Of a stretch of 32,000 nt of DNA, positions 17,029-25,782 are shown one piece after another (the stretch's first letter is position 1; each line of letters opens with the position of its first letter). The stretch is from Nitrosococcus oceani ATCC 19707 (GTDB taxonomy: Bacteria > Pseudomonadota > Gammaproteobacteria > Nitrosococcales > Nitrosococcaceae). The stretch spans positions 1,170,001-1,202,000 of the forward strand of contig NC_007484.1 of NCBI RefSeq assembly GCF_000012805.1, given 5' to 3'. Both the position numbers and the translations under genes were made by a program. Below the pieces are notes generated by a model. That model was not told where the DNA came from and did not search any database. It saw only the letters and a program-made list of their open reading frames with translations.

Positions 17029-17598
17029 ATGTTACGTTTTGCTGGGACGGTGATGATATCTTGGTTGTTCCTGGGGGGGCTTGCCGAAGCTGGGGAGCCT
17101 GGCAATGGAAAAGAAGGCACTAATGAACGGGTTATCATGGGATGGGTGGAGCCAGTGGTTCTCATTCCTTGGGGTGTTGAACTTAAGGCAAAGCTAGACT
17201 CCGGCGCTAAAACCTCATCATTGCATGCTGAAGATATTGAGCGGTTTAAGAAAGATGGCGAGGAATGGGTGCGCTTTGTGATTGATATAGAAAGAAAGGC
17301 GAAAAAGATAAAACAGCTCCACGTAGAACAGCCATTAGCCCGTGATGTGCATATAAAGCGGCATCGGGGCAGCGCAAAAAAACGGCCTGTAGTTAGTTTG
17401 GAATTTTGTTTAAACGGTAAACGCCATAAGGCTCAGTTTAGTTTAGTTGACCGTAGCCAGTTAAATTACCCAGTACTTTTGGGCCGCCGTTTTCTGAAAA
17501 AGGCGGCCCTTATTGATTCCGGTAAAATCTTCCTTACGAGGGAAGGATGGAAGACTTGCTTGGTAGAATATGCTGCCGGCGAAGCTCCTAAAAGTTAA
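17029..17598 (+). CDS. retropepsin-like aspartic peptidase (family annotated 'putative ATP-dependent zinc protease', COG4067)
   Basis: Signal peptide MLRFAGTVMISWLFLGGLAEA. IMGWVEPVVLIPWGVELKAKLDSGAKTSSLHA contains the D-S-G aspartic protease motif. The C-terminal part reads NYPVLLGRRFLKKAALIDSGKIFL. Confidence 0.75.
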   Translation: MLRFAGTVMISWLFLGGLAEAGEPGNGKEGTNERVIMGWVEPVVLIPWGVELKAKLDSGAKTSSLHAEDIERFKKDGEEWVRFVIDIERKAKKIKQLHVEQPLARDVHIKRHRGSAKKRPVVSLEFCLNGKRHKAQFSLVDRSQLNYPVLLGRRFLKKAALIDSGKIFLTREGWKTCLVEYAAGEAPKS

Positions 17599-17635
17599 GT
17601 TCTTGCGCTAGGCTCAGCAGTTTGGAAAATAAAAT

Positions 17636-19174
17636 TTGAAGAATCTCCATATTAAGATCCTTGCCTTTCTCCTTGTGATGATCGGCTTAGGCTTGGCTTA
17701 TTATAAGGTGACGCGGCTTGGTTTGCCGGTATTGCCAGCCGAGCAAACCGAAGTTTGGATGGTAGAGGCCCGCCTCGCCTTTGAAGCTAAAGGCGGTCCG
17801 GTGAAGGCGCGCTTCTATATTCCAAACGCTCCCCCCGGTTTTACTGTTGTGGGAGAAGACTTCATCTCTAGTAAATATGGTTTAACCATGGATGAGGGGG
17901 ACATTAATCGTACCGCCCAATGGGCGGTACGCCGGGCCGAGGGGAAGCAGGTGTTGTACTACCGGATTGAATTGGCACCTGAGATTGCCCATATAAAACC
18001 ACAGAAGGGGAATATCCCCCCCTTTCCGGCCGCCCCCGATTATCCTGAGCCCATGGGCTCGGTGGTGCAGGCGTTATTAGAAGAGGTGCGCCGTAAATCA
18101 GCTGACGTAGCTTCCTTTTCCGGGGAACTCCTGGCCCGCCTCAATGCTTCTAATCCTACTGAAAATGTTCAGATTTTGCGCAAAGGCATTGAAAGTGCGC
18201 ACGCCTGGGTAAAACAAGTGATTTATATTTTGGCCGGCGCCCGGATTCCTGCCCGTATGGTTTATATCTTGCCATTAAAAGGCGATGTGAGTCATAGTAA
18301 GTTGCTTCCTTGGCTAGAAGTCCATAATGGACGGGAATGGCTAGCTTTTAACCCTAAAACGGGAAGCCGGGGATTCCCTGCGAACGCATTGATTTGGCAT
18401 GTGGGCGATGAGCCCTTGCTCGAGCTGGAGGGAGGCGAATCACCTAAGGTGGAATACTCTGTCTCGAGTCGTTTTCAAGAATTGGTTTTGGTCGCGGAGC
18501 AGCGAGCGCGGCAAATTAACTCTCTGATAATGGATTTTTCCCTATTTAGCCTCCCCGTGCAGACCCAGAATGTCTACCGGGTGTTACTGTTAATTCCTAT
18601 TGGGACTTTTTTGATTGTCGTGCTGCGAAACGTTATTGGCATTAAAACGTTTGGTACATTTATGCCTATTTTGATAGCCCTGGCATTCCGAGAAACCGAT
18701 CTTTTGTGGGGAGTCGCGATGTTCACTGGGATCGTGGCTGTTGGTTTGATACTGCGTTTTTATTTGGAATACCTTAAACTGCTGCTAGTGCCACGCCTAG
18801 CCTCGGTGCTGGTGATGGTGATTCTTTTAATGGCGGTTATCAGTGTGCTGACTCATAAAATGGGGCTAGAACGGGGCCTGTCTGTGGCCCTCTTCCCGAT
18901 GGTGATTTTGACCATGACCATTGAGCGCATGTCCCTGGTTTGGGAGGAGCATGGCCCTGGAGAAGCGCTGCAACAAGGGCTTGGAAGCTTGCTGGTGGCT
19001 ATATTGGGTTATTTATTAATGGCCAATAAGCTATTGGAGCATCTGGTTTTTGTTTTTCCTGAATTGTTGTTGGTGGTGTTAGCCATGACCTTGTTGTTGG
19101 GCCGTTATACGGGCTATCGGTTAACGGAGATTTGGCGTTTCAAGGAGTTTTTGCGGAAAACGGAACTTCCATGA
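17636..19174 (+). CDS. inactive transglutaminase-like domain fused to a 7-TM module
   Basis: One N-terminal TM helix is followed by a periplasmic part with a transglutaminase-like core, AGARIPARMVY...LPWLEVHNGREWLAFNPKTG. The expected Cys/His/Asp positions look substituted. About seven hydrophobic helices span aa ~310-500. The start is TTG 17636 (alternative ATG 17678). Confidence 0.7.
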   Translation: MKNLHIKILAFLLVMIGLGLAYYKVTRLGLPVLPAEQTEVWMVEARLAFEAKGGPVKARFYIPNAPPGFTVVGEDFISSKYGLTMDEGDINRTAQWAVRRAEGKQVLYYRIELAPEIAHIKPQKGNIPPFPAAPDYPEPMGSVVQALLEEVRRKSADVASFSGELLARLNASNPTENVQILRKGIESAHAWVKQVIYILAGARIPARMVYILPLKGDVSHSKLLPWLEVHNGREWLAFNPKTGSRGFPANALIWHVGDEPLLELEGGESPKVEYSVSSRFQELVLVAEQRARQINSLIMDFSLFSLPVQTQNVYRVLLLIPIGTFLIVVLRNVIGIKTFGTFMPILIALAFRETDLLWGVAMFTGIVAVGLILRFYLEYLKLLLVPRLASVLVMVILLMAVISVLTHKMGLERGLSVALFPMVILTMTIERMSLVWEEHGPGEALQQGLGSLLVAILGYLLMANKLLEHLVFVFPELLLVVLAMTLLLGRYTGYRLTEIWRFKEFLRKTELP

Positions 19175-20106
19175 TCTTTCCTTGGCGGCGTTTACGGCAG
19201 CTGGGGGTTCTAGGCATGAACCAACGCAATGCCGACTATATTTTGCCCTTTAATCCGCGGCATCATTATCCGTTAGTGGATGATAAAAGACGCACTAAAC
19301 AATTGGCTTTAGCGGCGGGGATTGCCGTGCCCAAACTTTATGGCGTCGTGGAAATGGTTCACCAAATTAAACGCCTGGATAAGCTGCTCGGCCCCCATGA
19401 AGATTTTGTTATCAAGCCCGCCCATGGCAGCGGCGGAGAAGGTATTCTGGTGGTTAACGGGCGCTATCAAGGGCGTTATCGTAAGGCGAGCGGGGTTATC
19501 CTGACCGCAGAAGAAATCGGCCACCATATCGCCAATATTCTGAGTGGCATGTATAGCCTGGGAGGATTGCCCGATACCGCGCTTATCGAATACCGGGTCA
19601 AGTTTGATCCCCTGTTTGAGGCTGTTAGCTATTTAGGAGTCCCGGATATCCGTACCCTGGTTTATCGAGGGATACCCGCCTTGGCGATGATACGGTTACC
19701 CACGCGCCTTTCGGATGGCAGGGCCAATTTACACCAAGGGGCTATTGGCGTGGGTATTGATTTGGTGACTGGCCGGACTAGTGCTGGCGTATGGCAAGAA
19801 CATGCCATTGACCGTCATCCTGATACGGAGGGGGAGATACGCAATTTAAGGATACCCCACTGGGAGAGCGTTCTTGAGTTAGCTGCCCGCTGCTTTGATT
19901 TAGTGAATTTGGGTTATATTGGAGTTGATATTGTGTTAGATCGGGATTTGGGCCCCATGGTTCTGGAGCTTAATGCCCGTCCTGGTCTTAGTATTCAACT
20001 GGCCAATAAGGTGGGGCTGCAGCCCCGCCTCCAGCGCATTCAAAGGCTGAGTGAAATTCCCTCCTCCGCCGCTGAACGGGTGGCATTAGGAAAATCTTTG
20101 GCATAA
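19171..20106 (+). CDS. RimK-related ATP-grasp (alpha-L-glutamate ligase-like) protein
   Basis: MIFPWRRLRQLGVLGMNQRNADYILPFNPRHHYPLVDDKRRTKQLALAAGIAVPKLYG...DFVIKPAHGSGGEGILVV...VLELNARPGLSIQ matches the alpha-L-glutamate ligase-related family. The ATG overlaps the upstream stop (ATGA at 19171-19174). Confidence 0.8.
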   Translation: MIFPWRRLRQLGVLGMNQRNADYILPFNPRHHYPLVDDKRRTKQLALAAGIAVPKLYGVVEMVHQIKRLDKLLGPHEDFVIKPAHGSGGEGILVVNGRYQGRYRKASGVILTAEEIGHHIANILSGMYSLGGLPDTALIEYRVKFDPLFEAVSYLGVPDIRTLVYRGIPALAMIRLPTRLSDGRANLHQGAIGVGIDLVTGRTSAGVWQEHAIDRHPDTEGEIRNLRIPHWESVLELAARCFDLVNLGYIGVDIVLDRDLGPMVLELNARPGLSIQLANKVGLQPRLQRIQRLSEIPSSAAERVALGKSLA

Positions 20107-20613
20107 TTTTATGTCTATAAATACATTTGATTCTGGGCCTTGTCGCCACCGTCCCATTTGCCGATTAGCAGGCCCGTAGCTACTTAATAACAGGCCCTAT
20201 AGGAGGGCCTGTCCCCCGTGGTGGAGTGGATAACATTGGCGAAAGCAACGCCTAGAGAAGCCAGCAAATACTCCCGGCGTGATAAAAACGCCCACACCGA
20301 TTATGTTACCCGCCGATCGCGACAAATCCTGGCACGGCGCTTTGAGCCCATTGCTCCTTAGTAATCAATAAGCCTCATTTCACAGGGGGAGTCGGTTCTC
20401 TTAATTTATTAAGTTTAAGTGCCTGGCGTTCACAGCGCCTTACCTGTTCCAGGGTTGCCACCATGAAATCTTCTCCTTTTTTCTTTTCCACTTATTTAAG
20501 CGTTTCTGGAGTTTTTTTAGCTGGCCGTGCTTCTTAGGATAACATCTGAGTAATCTCTCAAGTGAAATATCGCTACCTTTAAGATTCCTTGCTTCTTTTT
20601 CCCAGGCGTCAAT

Positions 20614-20826
20614 TCACCACCATTGGACAAATTCCTTGACGGCTGTTTTCCCTCGCCCTTTGACTTCGGTTGGTTGGGCTTCGGTCTCGATGGGTGGGCA
20701 TTCTTTATCCAATGCCTTAAAGCCTTCCTCCCGCAGCGCTGCGCTCTCTTTCCTGTATCGATCCAGTTCTCGAAGCGTTTTTATATGATCTTCAAGATTA
20801 TGAGCATGTTCTCTGATATTGTTCAT
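20614..20826 (-). CDS. small coiled-coil protein, probably the 5' piece of a broken gene
   Basis: A strong RBS (GGAGAGG) lies 4 nt before the ATG. The 70-aa ORF ends ...EFVQWW-TGA. The same frame stays open for 57 more codons to 20443 (TAA stop at 20440-20442). Confidence 0.45.
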   Translation of the reverse strand: MNNIREHAHNLEDHIKTLRELDRYRKESAALREEGFKALDKECPPIETEAQPTEVKGRGKTAVKEFVQWW

Positions 20827-21064
20827 GAGCCTCTCCTTCTCTATGACAGACTCCTATCTAGTTCTGTAGTCAAAAACAAGGCAAAAAGCAAACAAAGAAT
20901 GAGGTTGTTTTCCCCAACCCGGTTATCGTTGGGGGTGAGCGCCTATGCTTCTCTTCCTTTTGTTATGCCGAGGCAGATCTGAGGAGGAGAGATGTTCCAG
21001 GGCTTACTGGCAAGCCGGGGTGTCGCTGAACGAGGTTATCCTAGGAAATCAGCGGAGCCTGGAA

Positions 21065-21634
21065 TTAGCGAGATTCCAGATGCCTTTGAAGCACTGCGAA
21101 GTCTTGCTCTAGCGCTGTTTTCTTGGTTTCGTCCCGCAGGGCCGCCGCGGGATGGTAGGTAACGAAGGTGGGCAGCTTTTTGACTTCTACCCATTGGCCC
21201 CGCAGCGCGGTGATTTTTGCCTTAGGATCGAGCAGGGCTTGGAGGGCGGTTGCCCCTAGTAATATCAATAGCTGGGGTTGGAGAAGCTCAATTTGCCGCA
21301 GCAAAAAAGGGAGTTCTCTTTTAATTTCGCTGCGATAAGGTTTGCGGTTGCCGGGAGGATGGGTTTTAAGAATATTGCTGATATAGACGTGCTCTCGTTT
21401 CAAGCCGATTTGATGCAATAACTGGGTGAGCAATTTTCCCGAGCTTCCCACAAAGGGCCGGCCGGTTTTTGCTTCCTGGACGCCCGGCGCTTCACCGATA
21501 ATCATGATTTCTGCCGGGGATGGGCCTTCTCCGAATACCAATTTTTCGCCTTTGGGCACTTCGGGACCCAGAGAGCGCTCGCAGTGCCATTTTAGCTCCT
21601 GTAGCGTAACGGCCTTTTCTAAAAAATCATCCAT
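21065..21634 (-). CDS. family 4 uracil-DNA glycosylase
   Basis: IMIIGEAPGVQEAKTGRPFVGSSGKLLTQLL (GEAPG..E...G.PFVG.SG motif) and the C-terminal TYHPAAALR. Confidence 0.85.
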   Translation of the reverse strand: MDDFLEKAVTLQELKWHCERSLGPEVPKGEKLVFGEGPSPAEIMIIGEAPGVQEAKTGRPFVGSSGKLLTQLLHQIGLKREHVYISNILKTHPPGNRKPYRSEIKRELPFLLRQIELLQPQLLILLGATALQALLDPKAKITALRGQWVEVKKLPTFVTYHPAAALRDETKKTALEQDFAVLQRHLESR

Positions 21635-21657
21635 GGAAAGGGGGAGGGGTTTGCATC

Positions 21658-21770
21658 GGAGTTCTCCATGGATGTTGAATGCCCCCCCAGTGAGAGTGCC
21701 TGCCTGTGCGTGTCCGCACGCAGACAGGTAGGAACAAAACTGAAATCAGTCATGGCGAAACTCCAAAGAA
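21658..21770. repeat. repeat family copy B (113-bp miniature form) between UDG and slyD
   Basis: ggagttctccatggatgttgaatgcccccccagtgagagtgc, then the 29-nt hairpin, then gtaggaacaaaactgaaatcagtcatggcgaaactccaaagaa. The left part matches copies A and C, and the right part matches 31072-31114 of copy C. The ends show a weak inverted repeat (GGAGTTCTCCATGGAT versus GGAGTTTCGCCATGAC). Confidence 0.7.
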
Positions 21771-21796
21771 GACAAGCCCTGTCCTAGTAGGGCTTG
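21762..21796 (-). terminator. rho-independent terminator of slyD
   Basis: On the minus strand the hairpin CAAGCCCT-actaggac-AGGGCTTG (21796..21773) is followed by tcttctttgg. It lies 40 nt after the slyD stop. The T-tract overlaps the right end of repeat B. Confidence 0.6.
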
Positions 21797-21835
21797 CCTT
21801 TGTGGGGTTAGAGCAGGATTGTAATGGTCGTACCG

Positions 21836-22321
21836 CTAGGCGTGCTGATGGCCGCCCGCGCCATGGGCGTGGCCGTGCTCTAGTTCTTCCTCGGTGGCGT
21901 TGCGGACATCGACGACTTCCACGTCAAAGTCTAGTGTTTCGCCTGCGAGGGGATGGTTGGCATCCACCAGTACTTGATCCGTCTCGATTTCAGCCACCGT
22001 TATCAATTGGGGGCCATTCGGGGTCTGGGCCTGAAATTGCATACCTTCCTCCAGCTCCTCTACGTCCTGAAAAGCGTCCCGTGGAACGGTCTGGAGCAGT
22101 GTTTCATTACGCTCTCCATAAGCATCTTTCGGTTCTATGCTGACATTGAGTTTATCGCCTTCGGATTTTCCGGCTAGCGCCTTTTCGAGACCTGGAATGA
22201 TATTACCGAGCCCGTGTATATAGGCTAAGGGCGTTTTCTGGGAAGAGCTGTCAAGCACGGCGCCTTCCTGATTCTTTAAGGTGTAATGGATATAAACTAC
22301 TTTTTTATCAGCAACCTGCAT
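21836..22321 (-). CDS. slyD: FKBP-type peptidyl-prolyl cis-trans isomerase SlyD
   Basis: MQVADKKVVYIHYTLKNQEGAVLDSS...AYIHGLGNIIPGLEKALAGK...HPLAGETLDFDVEVVDVR plus the His-rich tail HGHAHGAGGHQHA. Confidence 0.85.
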   Translation of the reverse strand: MQVADKKVVYIHYTLKNQEGAVLDSSSQKTPLAYIHGLGNIIPGLEKALAGKSEGDKLNVSIEPKDAYGERNETLLQTVPRDAFQDVEELEEGMQFQAQTPNGPQLITVAEIETDQVLVDANHPLAGETLDFDVEVVDVRNATEEELEHGHAHGAGGHQHA

Positions 22322-22576
22322 AATGACGCCTCCTTATAATTGCGGCGGTAAGTTTATATAGAGTATCGGTTTTCGTTATTCACTTATAGTGTTTAGTTAA
22401 ATTTAGACGTATTAATTCAAAATTAATAGTCCCTCTGAAGTTCGGGGAGAGGCAGAAGGTGGAAATTTGAGTGGATATTTAATTTGAGAAAACTAAAAAT
22501 TCCGCACTCTCTTCTTGAATGATGCTGGCATACGGACGGATGAAATGAGAATCTAGCTGTAGTGTATAATTATCGT

Positions 22577-23626
22577 ATGGATTCGATGAGTTATGAACGG
22601 CTATTTGCGCAGATAGAAGATCTGGTCTTGCGCCATTCTCCCAGTGGGGCCGAGCAAGAAATAGATGGATGGTTGTTAGAACGTTTCACGGCGTTAGGGC
22701 AGACTGTCTGGCAAGATGCCGCGGGCAACATTGTTGTGAAAGTTAGGGGGAAAAATCCCGGGGCAATCGCGATTACCGCCCATAAGGATGAAATTGGCGC
22801 AATCGTGAAAACTAGTAATAGCCAAGGGCAAGTGGAGGTGCGGAAGCTAGGCGGCGCTTTCCCCTGGGTCTACGGAGAAGGGGTAGTGGATTTGTTAGGC
22901 GACCATGCCTGCATTAGCGGTATTCTTTCGTTTGGTTCCCGCCATGTTTCCCATGAGAGCCCGCAGAAAGTCCAGCAAGATCAGGCGCCACTGCAATGGC
23001 AGCATGCCTGGGTGGAAACCAAATGCACGCAAAAAGAGCTGGAGGCCGCCGGAGTGCGTTCAGGTACGCGGATGGTGGTGGGAAAACACCGCAAGCGCCC
23101 CTTCCGCCTTAAGGATTACATTGCCAGTTATACGTTGGATAACAAGGCTTCAGTGGCGATTTTGCTGGCATTGGCGCAGAAGCTTCATAAACCCTTAGTA
23201 GATGTTTATTTGGTGGCCTCTGCCAAGGAAGAAGTGGGAGCAATAGGAGCGCTTTACTTTAGCCGGTGTCATTCTCTGGATGCTTTGATTGCTTTGGAGA
23301 TATGTCCCTTGGCGCCTGAATATTTCATCAAAGAAGGCACCGCTCCTGTGCTGCTTTCCCAGGACGGTTATGGTCTTTACGATGAGGGACTCAATGGACT
23401 TATCAGGCAAGCCGCGGCCCGGCGAGAAATCCCCTTGCAACTGGCGGTGATTAGCGGTTTCGGCAGTGATGGTTCCATTGCCATGAAATATGGCCACGTG
23501 CCACGGGCCGCTTGTTTAGGTTTCCCTACCCAAAACACACATGGTTATGAGATCGCCCATTTAGGCGCCATTGCCCATTGTATTGAAATACTTTACGCCT
23601 ACTGCACCCAGACGGAGGAGGGTTAG
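22577..23626 (+). CDS. M42-family metallopeptidase (FrvX/CelM-like aminopeptidase)
   Basis: ITAHKDEIGAIV, YTLDNKASVAILLALA and VASAKEEVGAIGA are the M42 metal-binding blocks. ATG 22577 or 22586 is more likely than the GTG at 22562. Confidence 0.75.
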   Translation: MDSMSYERLFAQIEDLVLRHSPSGAEQEIDGWLLERFTALGQTVWQDAAGNIVVKVRGKNPGAIAITAHKDEIGAIVKTSNSQGQVEVRKLGGAFPWVYGEGVVDLLGDHACISGILSFGSRHVSHESPQKVQQDQAPLQWQHAWVETKCTQKELEAAGVRSGTRMVVGKHRKRPFRLKDYIASYTLDNKASVAILLALAQKLHKPLVDVYLVASAKEEVGAIGALYFSRCHSLDALIALEICPLAPEYFIKEGTAPVLLSQDGYGLYDEGLNGLIRQAAARREIPLQLAVISGFGSDGSIAMKYGHVPRAACLGFPTQNTHGYEIAHLGAIAHCIEILYAYCTQTEEG

Positions 23627-23647
23627 CAAAAGATTAACTTCGTGTTG

Positions 23648-24247
23648 TTAATTTGCTGTAATTTCCAGGCTGCGGGAAGGGGAGGGGAAGGCATGATCCT
23701 GGCAAATCTTTAGAGTTTCTTCCGCCCTGAGCAGTTCCTGGGTTAGGCCACAACGGAAAAGCTGTTTGTCATGGGTCGTTAGCAAATACCGGCAGGTATG
23801 GCATTGGCCAAAGGTGCGGTGGTGATTTGCTTTTTGAAGATCGCATAACAATCGTTCCAGAACTTGCTGAGTGACTTGCAATTCTGCCGTGGCTAACCCG
23901 GCTAGGGTTTTTTCCTTATTGGCCAATAAAGCAAGTTTTCTGGTAAGTGCCCGGCCCTTCGGCATGAGTTCTAAATGGACGACGCGCCGATCTTTCGGAT
24001 CGGATTTTTTTCGGAGGTATCCTTGCCGTTGTAATACCAACAATGATTGGGAAGTTGTACCCTTGGTGGTGCCAAGATACTCTGATACCGCCATAGGTGT
24101 ATCGCTGTACCGATTACATTGGGCAAGATAACGTAAAACTTGGAGATGAGCCGGATGTAGGTTTAGTGTCGTTGCCGATTTACGTTCTTCTGCCCGCAGC
24201 AGGGTGCCAACACGCTCTAGTAGCTGAAACAGCTTTTGCTTGTCCAT
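23648..24247 (-). CDS. MarR-family transcriptional regulator with Cys-rich C-terminal extension
   Basis: Winged-HTH core LHPAHLQVLRYLAQ...MAVSEYLGTTKGTTSQSLLVLQRQGYLRKKSDPKDRRVVHLELMPKG. An extra ~60 aa tail reads FGQCHTCRYLLTTHDKQLFRCGL...LKICQDH (4 Cys). Confidence 0.8.
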   Translation of the reverse strand: MDKQKLFQLLERVGTLLRAEERKSATTLNLHPAHLQVLRYLAQCNRYSDTPMAVSEYLGTTKGTTSQSLLVLQRQGYLRKKSDPKDRRVVHLELMPKGRALTRKLALLANKEKTLAGLATAELQVTQQVLERLLCDLQKANHHRTFGQCHTCRYLLTTHDKQLFRCGLTQELLRAEETLKICQDHAFPSPSRSLEITAN

Positions 24248-24279
24248 AATTTATTATGATACTTAAAAACTGTCGTGGG

Positions 24280-24327
24280 ATCGATACTCGCTTGACATCT
24301 CTTGGGATGCTCATCTATGGTATCGAC
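24280..24327 (+). promoter_or_regulatory. candidate sigma70 promoter of the protoglobin gene bracketed by an inverted repeat (possible MarR operator)
   Basis: TTGACA (24292-24297), then 18 nt, then TATGGT (24316-24321). ATCGATAC (24280-24287) and GTATCGAC (24320-24327) are 7/8 reverse complements flanking the -35 and overlapping the -10. Confidence 0.4.
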
Positions 24328-24411
24328 TCGATAACACCCTATGTTTAAAGGCCCCTTGATTTTTTGGTGCTTATGAATTTAAGAAGAAGTAAAGAAAACA
24401 GGTAATAGGCA

Positions 24412-25002
24412 ATGGGCGAGAAAGAAATACCGGGTTATACTTATGGAACGCAGGCAGTAGCTAAATCCCCTGTTTCCTTGGAGGATTTTGATCTCCTCAA
24501 AAAGACAGTGCTCTTTACTGAAGAGGATGAAAAATACTTACGTCTTGCTGGCGAAGTGTTAGGGGACCAAGTTGAGGAGGTTCTGGATTTATGGTATGGC
24601 TTTGTCGGTTCTCATCCTCATCTAGTGCGCTATTTTAGCGACCTGCAGGGTGAGCCTGATAGTAGCTATTTAGCTGCCGTACGCAAGCGTTTCGCTCAGT
24701 GGATTTTGGATACTTGTAACCGCACCTATGATCAGGATTGGCTTAACTACCAGCATGAAATTGGTCTGAGGCACTATCATACCAAGAAAAATAAGACAGA
24801 TAATGTGCAGTCCGTGCCTATCATTAGTTATCGCTATTTGATTACCTTTATTTATCCCATTACGGCTACCATTAAACCGTTTTTGGAGAAAAAAGGCCAT
24901 AGTGCGGAGGAAGTTGAAAAAATGCACCAGGCTTGGTTTAAATCGTTGCTGCTCCAGGTGACTTTATGGACTAATCCTTACCTGCGTCAGGAGGACTACT
25001 GA
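24412..25002 (+). CDS. protoglobin (single-domain globin of the globin-coupled-sensor lineage)
   Basis: IPGYTYGT...SLEDFDLLKKTVLFTEEDEKYLRLAGEVLGDQVEEVLDLWYGFVGSHPHLVRYF...YLAAVRKRFAQWILDTCNRTYDQDWLNYQHEIGLRHYHTKKNKTDNV..VP.ISYRYLITFIYPITATIKPFL..KGHSAEEVEKMHQAWFKS..LQV.LW is near-colinear with the Methanosarcina acetivorans protoglobin as I remember it. That includes the proximal-His region EIGLRH. Confidence 0.85.
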   Translation: MGEKEIPGYTYGTQAVAKSPVSLEDFDLLKKTVLFTEEDEKYLRLAGEVLGDQVEEVLDLWYGFVGSHPHLVRYFSDLQGEPDSSYLAAVRKRFAQWILDTCNRTYDQDWLNYQHEIGLRHYHTKKNKTDNVQSVPIISYRYLITFIYPITATIKPFLEKKGHSAEEVEKMHQAWFKSLLLQVTLWTNPYLRQEDY

Positions 25003-25285
25003 TGGTTGAATTATTTGCTGATCGGCAGCAAGTAATTTAGATATTTAGGGTAATATTGACGGCGGGGGTATTTCCTCTCCTTTAAGGTATTGAGACGAAA
25101 TAAAGGGTCAAGATCCTAAAATAAATATAAACCGAATACAATCCTGACAACAATTAGCGTTTCTGTCTTTTAATCTAAAGGTGCAGAAGAATGCTGTTTT
25201 GTTTGTTAGGGAGTTGTAAGCGCCCTTAAGATTTTTAAAGAGGGCTGTTTCATGTGTACTAAAAATGGACAGAGGAAGGTAATTG

Positions 25286-25708
25286 ATGAAAATAACTAAA
25301 GCTATATTTATAAGTTTTGCTCTTGGGCTGTTACTGATGGGCACAGCGCAAGCAAAGGATGTGAAAGCACAAAGTTTTACAGTTGTTATCAATGCTTATG
25401 ATACGAATATTCCGAAGCTTGAGGTGGAAGGAGTAACCGTTAAGGATATTCGCGCCTTTAATGTGCTTAATGAGCCCGAGGCGCTGGTTGTTCGGAAAGG
25501 AACTCCAGTAGAGATTACCGTAGAAAATAAGTCCCCCATTAGTGAGGGGTTCTCCATCGACGCTTATGGCATCTCGGAAGTCATTAAAGCAGGAGAGACC
25601 AAAACCATTAAATTCAAGGCTGACAAGGCCGGCGCTTTCACTATTTGGTGCCAGCTCCATCCCATGAATATCCATCTGCCTGGTTCCTTGAATGTCGTCG
25701 AAAAATAA
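25286..25708 (+). CDS. ncyA: nitrosocyanin-type red copper cupredoxin
   Basis: RBS GAGGAAGG. Signal peptide [23 protein letters not shown]. The mature part reads [39 protein letters not shown]...[17 protein letters not shown]...[24 protein letters not shown]. The ligand spacing Glu88-x34-Cys123-x2-His126-x4-His131 (ORF-track numbering) equals the Glu60/Cys95/His98/His103 site of Nitrosomonas europaea nitrosocyanin. Confidence 0.8.
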   Translation: MKITKAIFISFALGLLLMGTAQAKDVKAQSFTVVINAYDTNIPKLEVEGVTVKDIRAFNVLNEPEALVVRKGTPVEITVENKSPISEGFSIDAYGISEVIKAGETKTIKFKADKAGAFTIWCQLHPMNIHLPGSLNVVEK

Positions 25709-25782
25709 GGAACTTACAGAAAATCTATGAAAATAAGCCGTAGATAGAATATTCAATATCTTAATTTATTTGCAGCTTATCG

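Noticed and set aside
20218-20361. 47-codon GTG ORF (VVEWITLAKATPREASKYSRRDKNAHTDYVTRRSRQILARRFEPIAP) after the ATP-grasp gene.
   Set aside because: It is too short, has no RBS and no recognisable family. It is probably gene debris.
20614-20616. The in-frame TGA could be a selenocysteine or programmed read-through codon.
   Set aside because: I could not fold a SECIS-like stem-loop from the ~40 nt after the TGA (attgacgcctgggaaaaagaagcaagg...). The context WW-TGA suggests a simple TGG to TGA mutation, and the downstream part also needs a frameshift.
21426-22143. ORFs 21426-21731 and 21706-22143 on the plus strand.
   Set aside because: They are antisense to UDG and slyD and run across repeat B. 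They are Arg/Pro-rich translations typical of the reverse frame of real genes.
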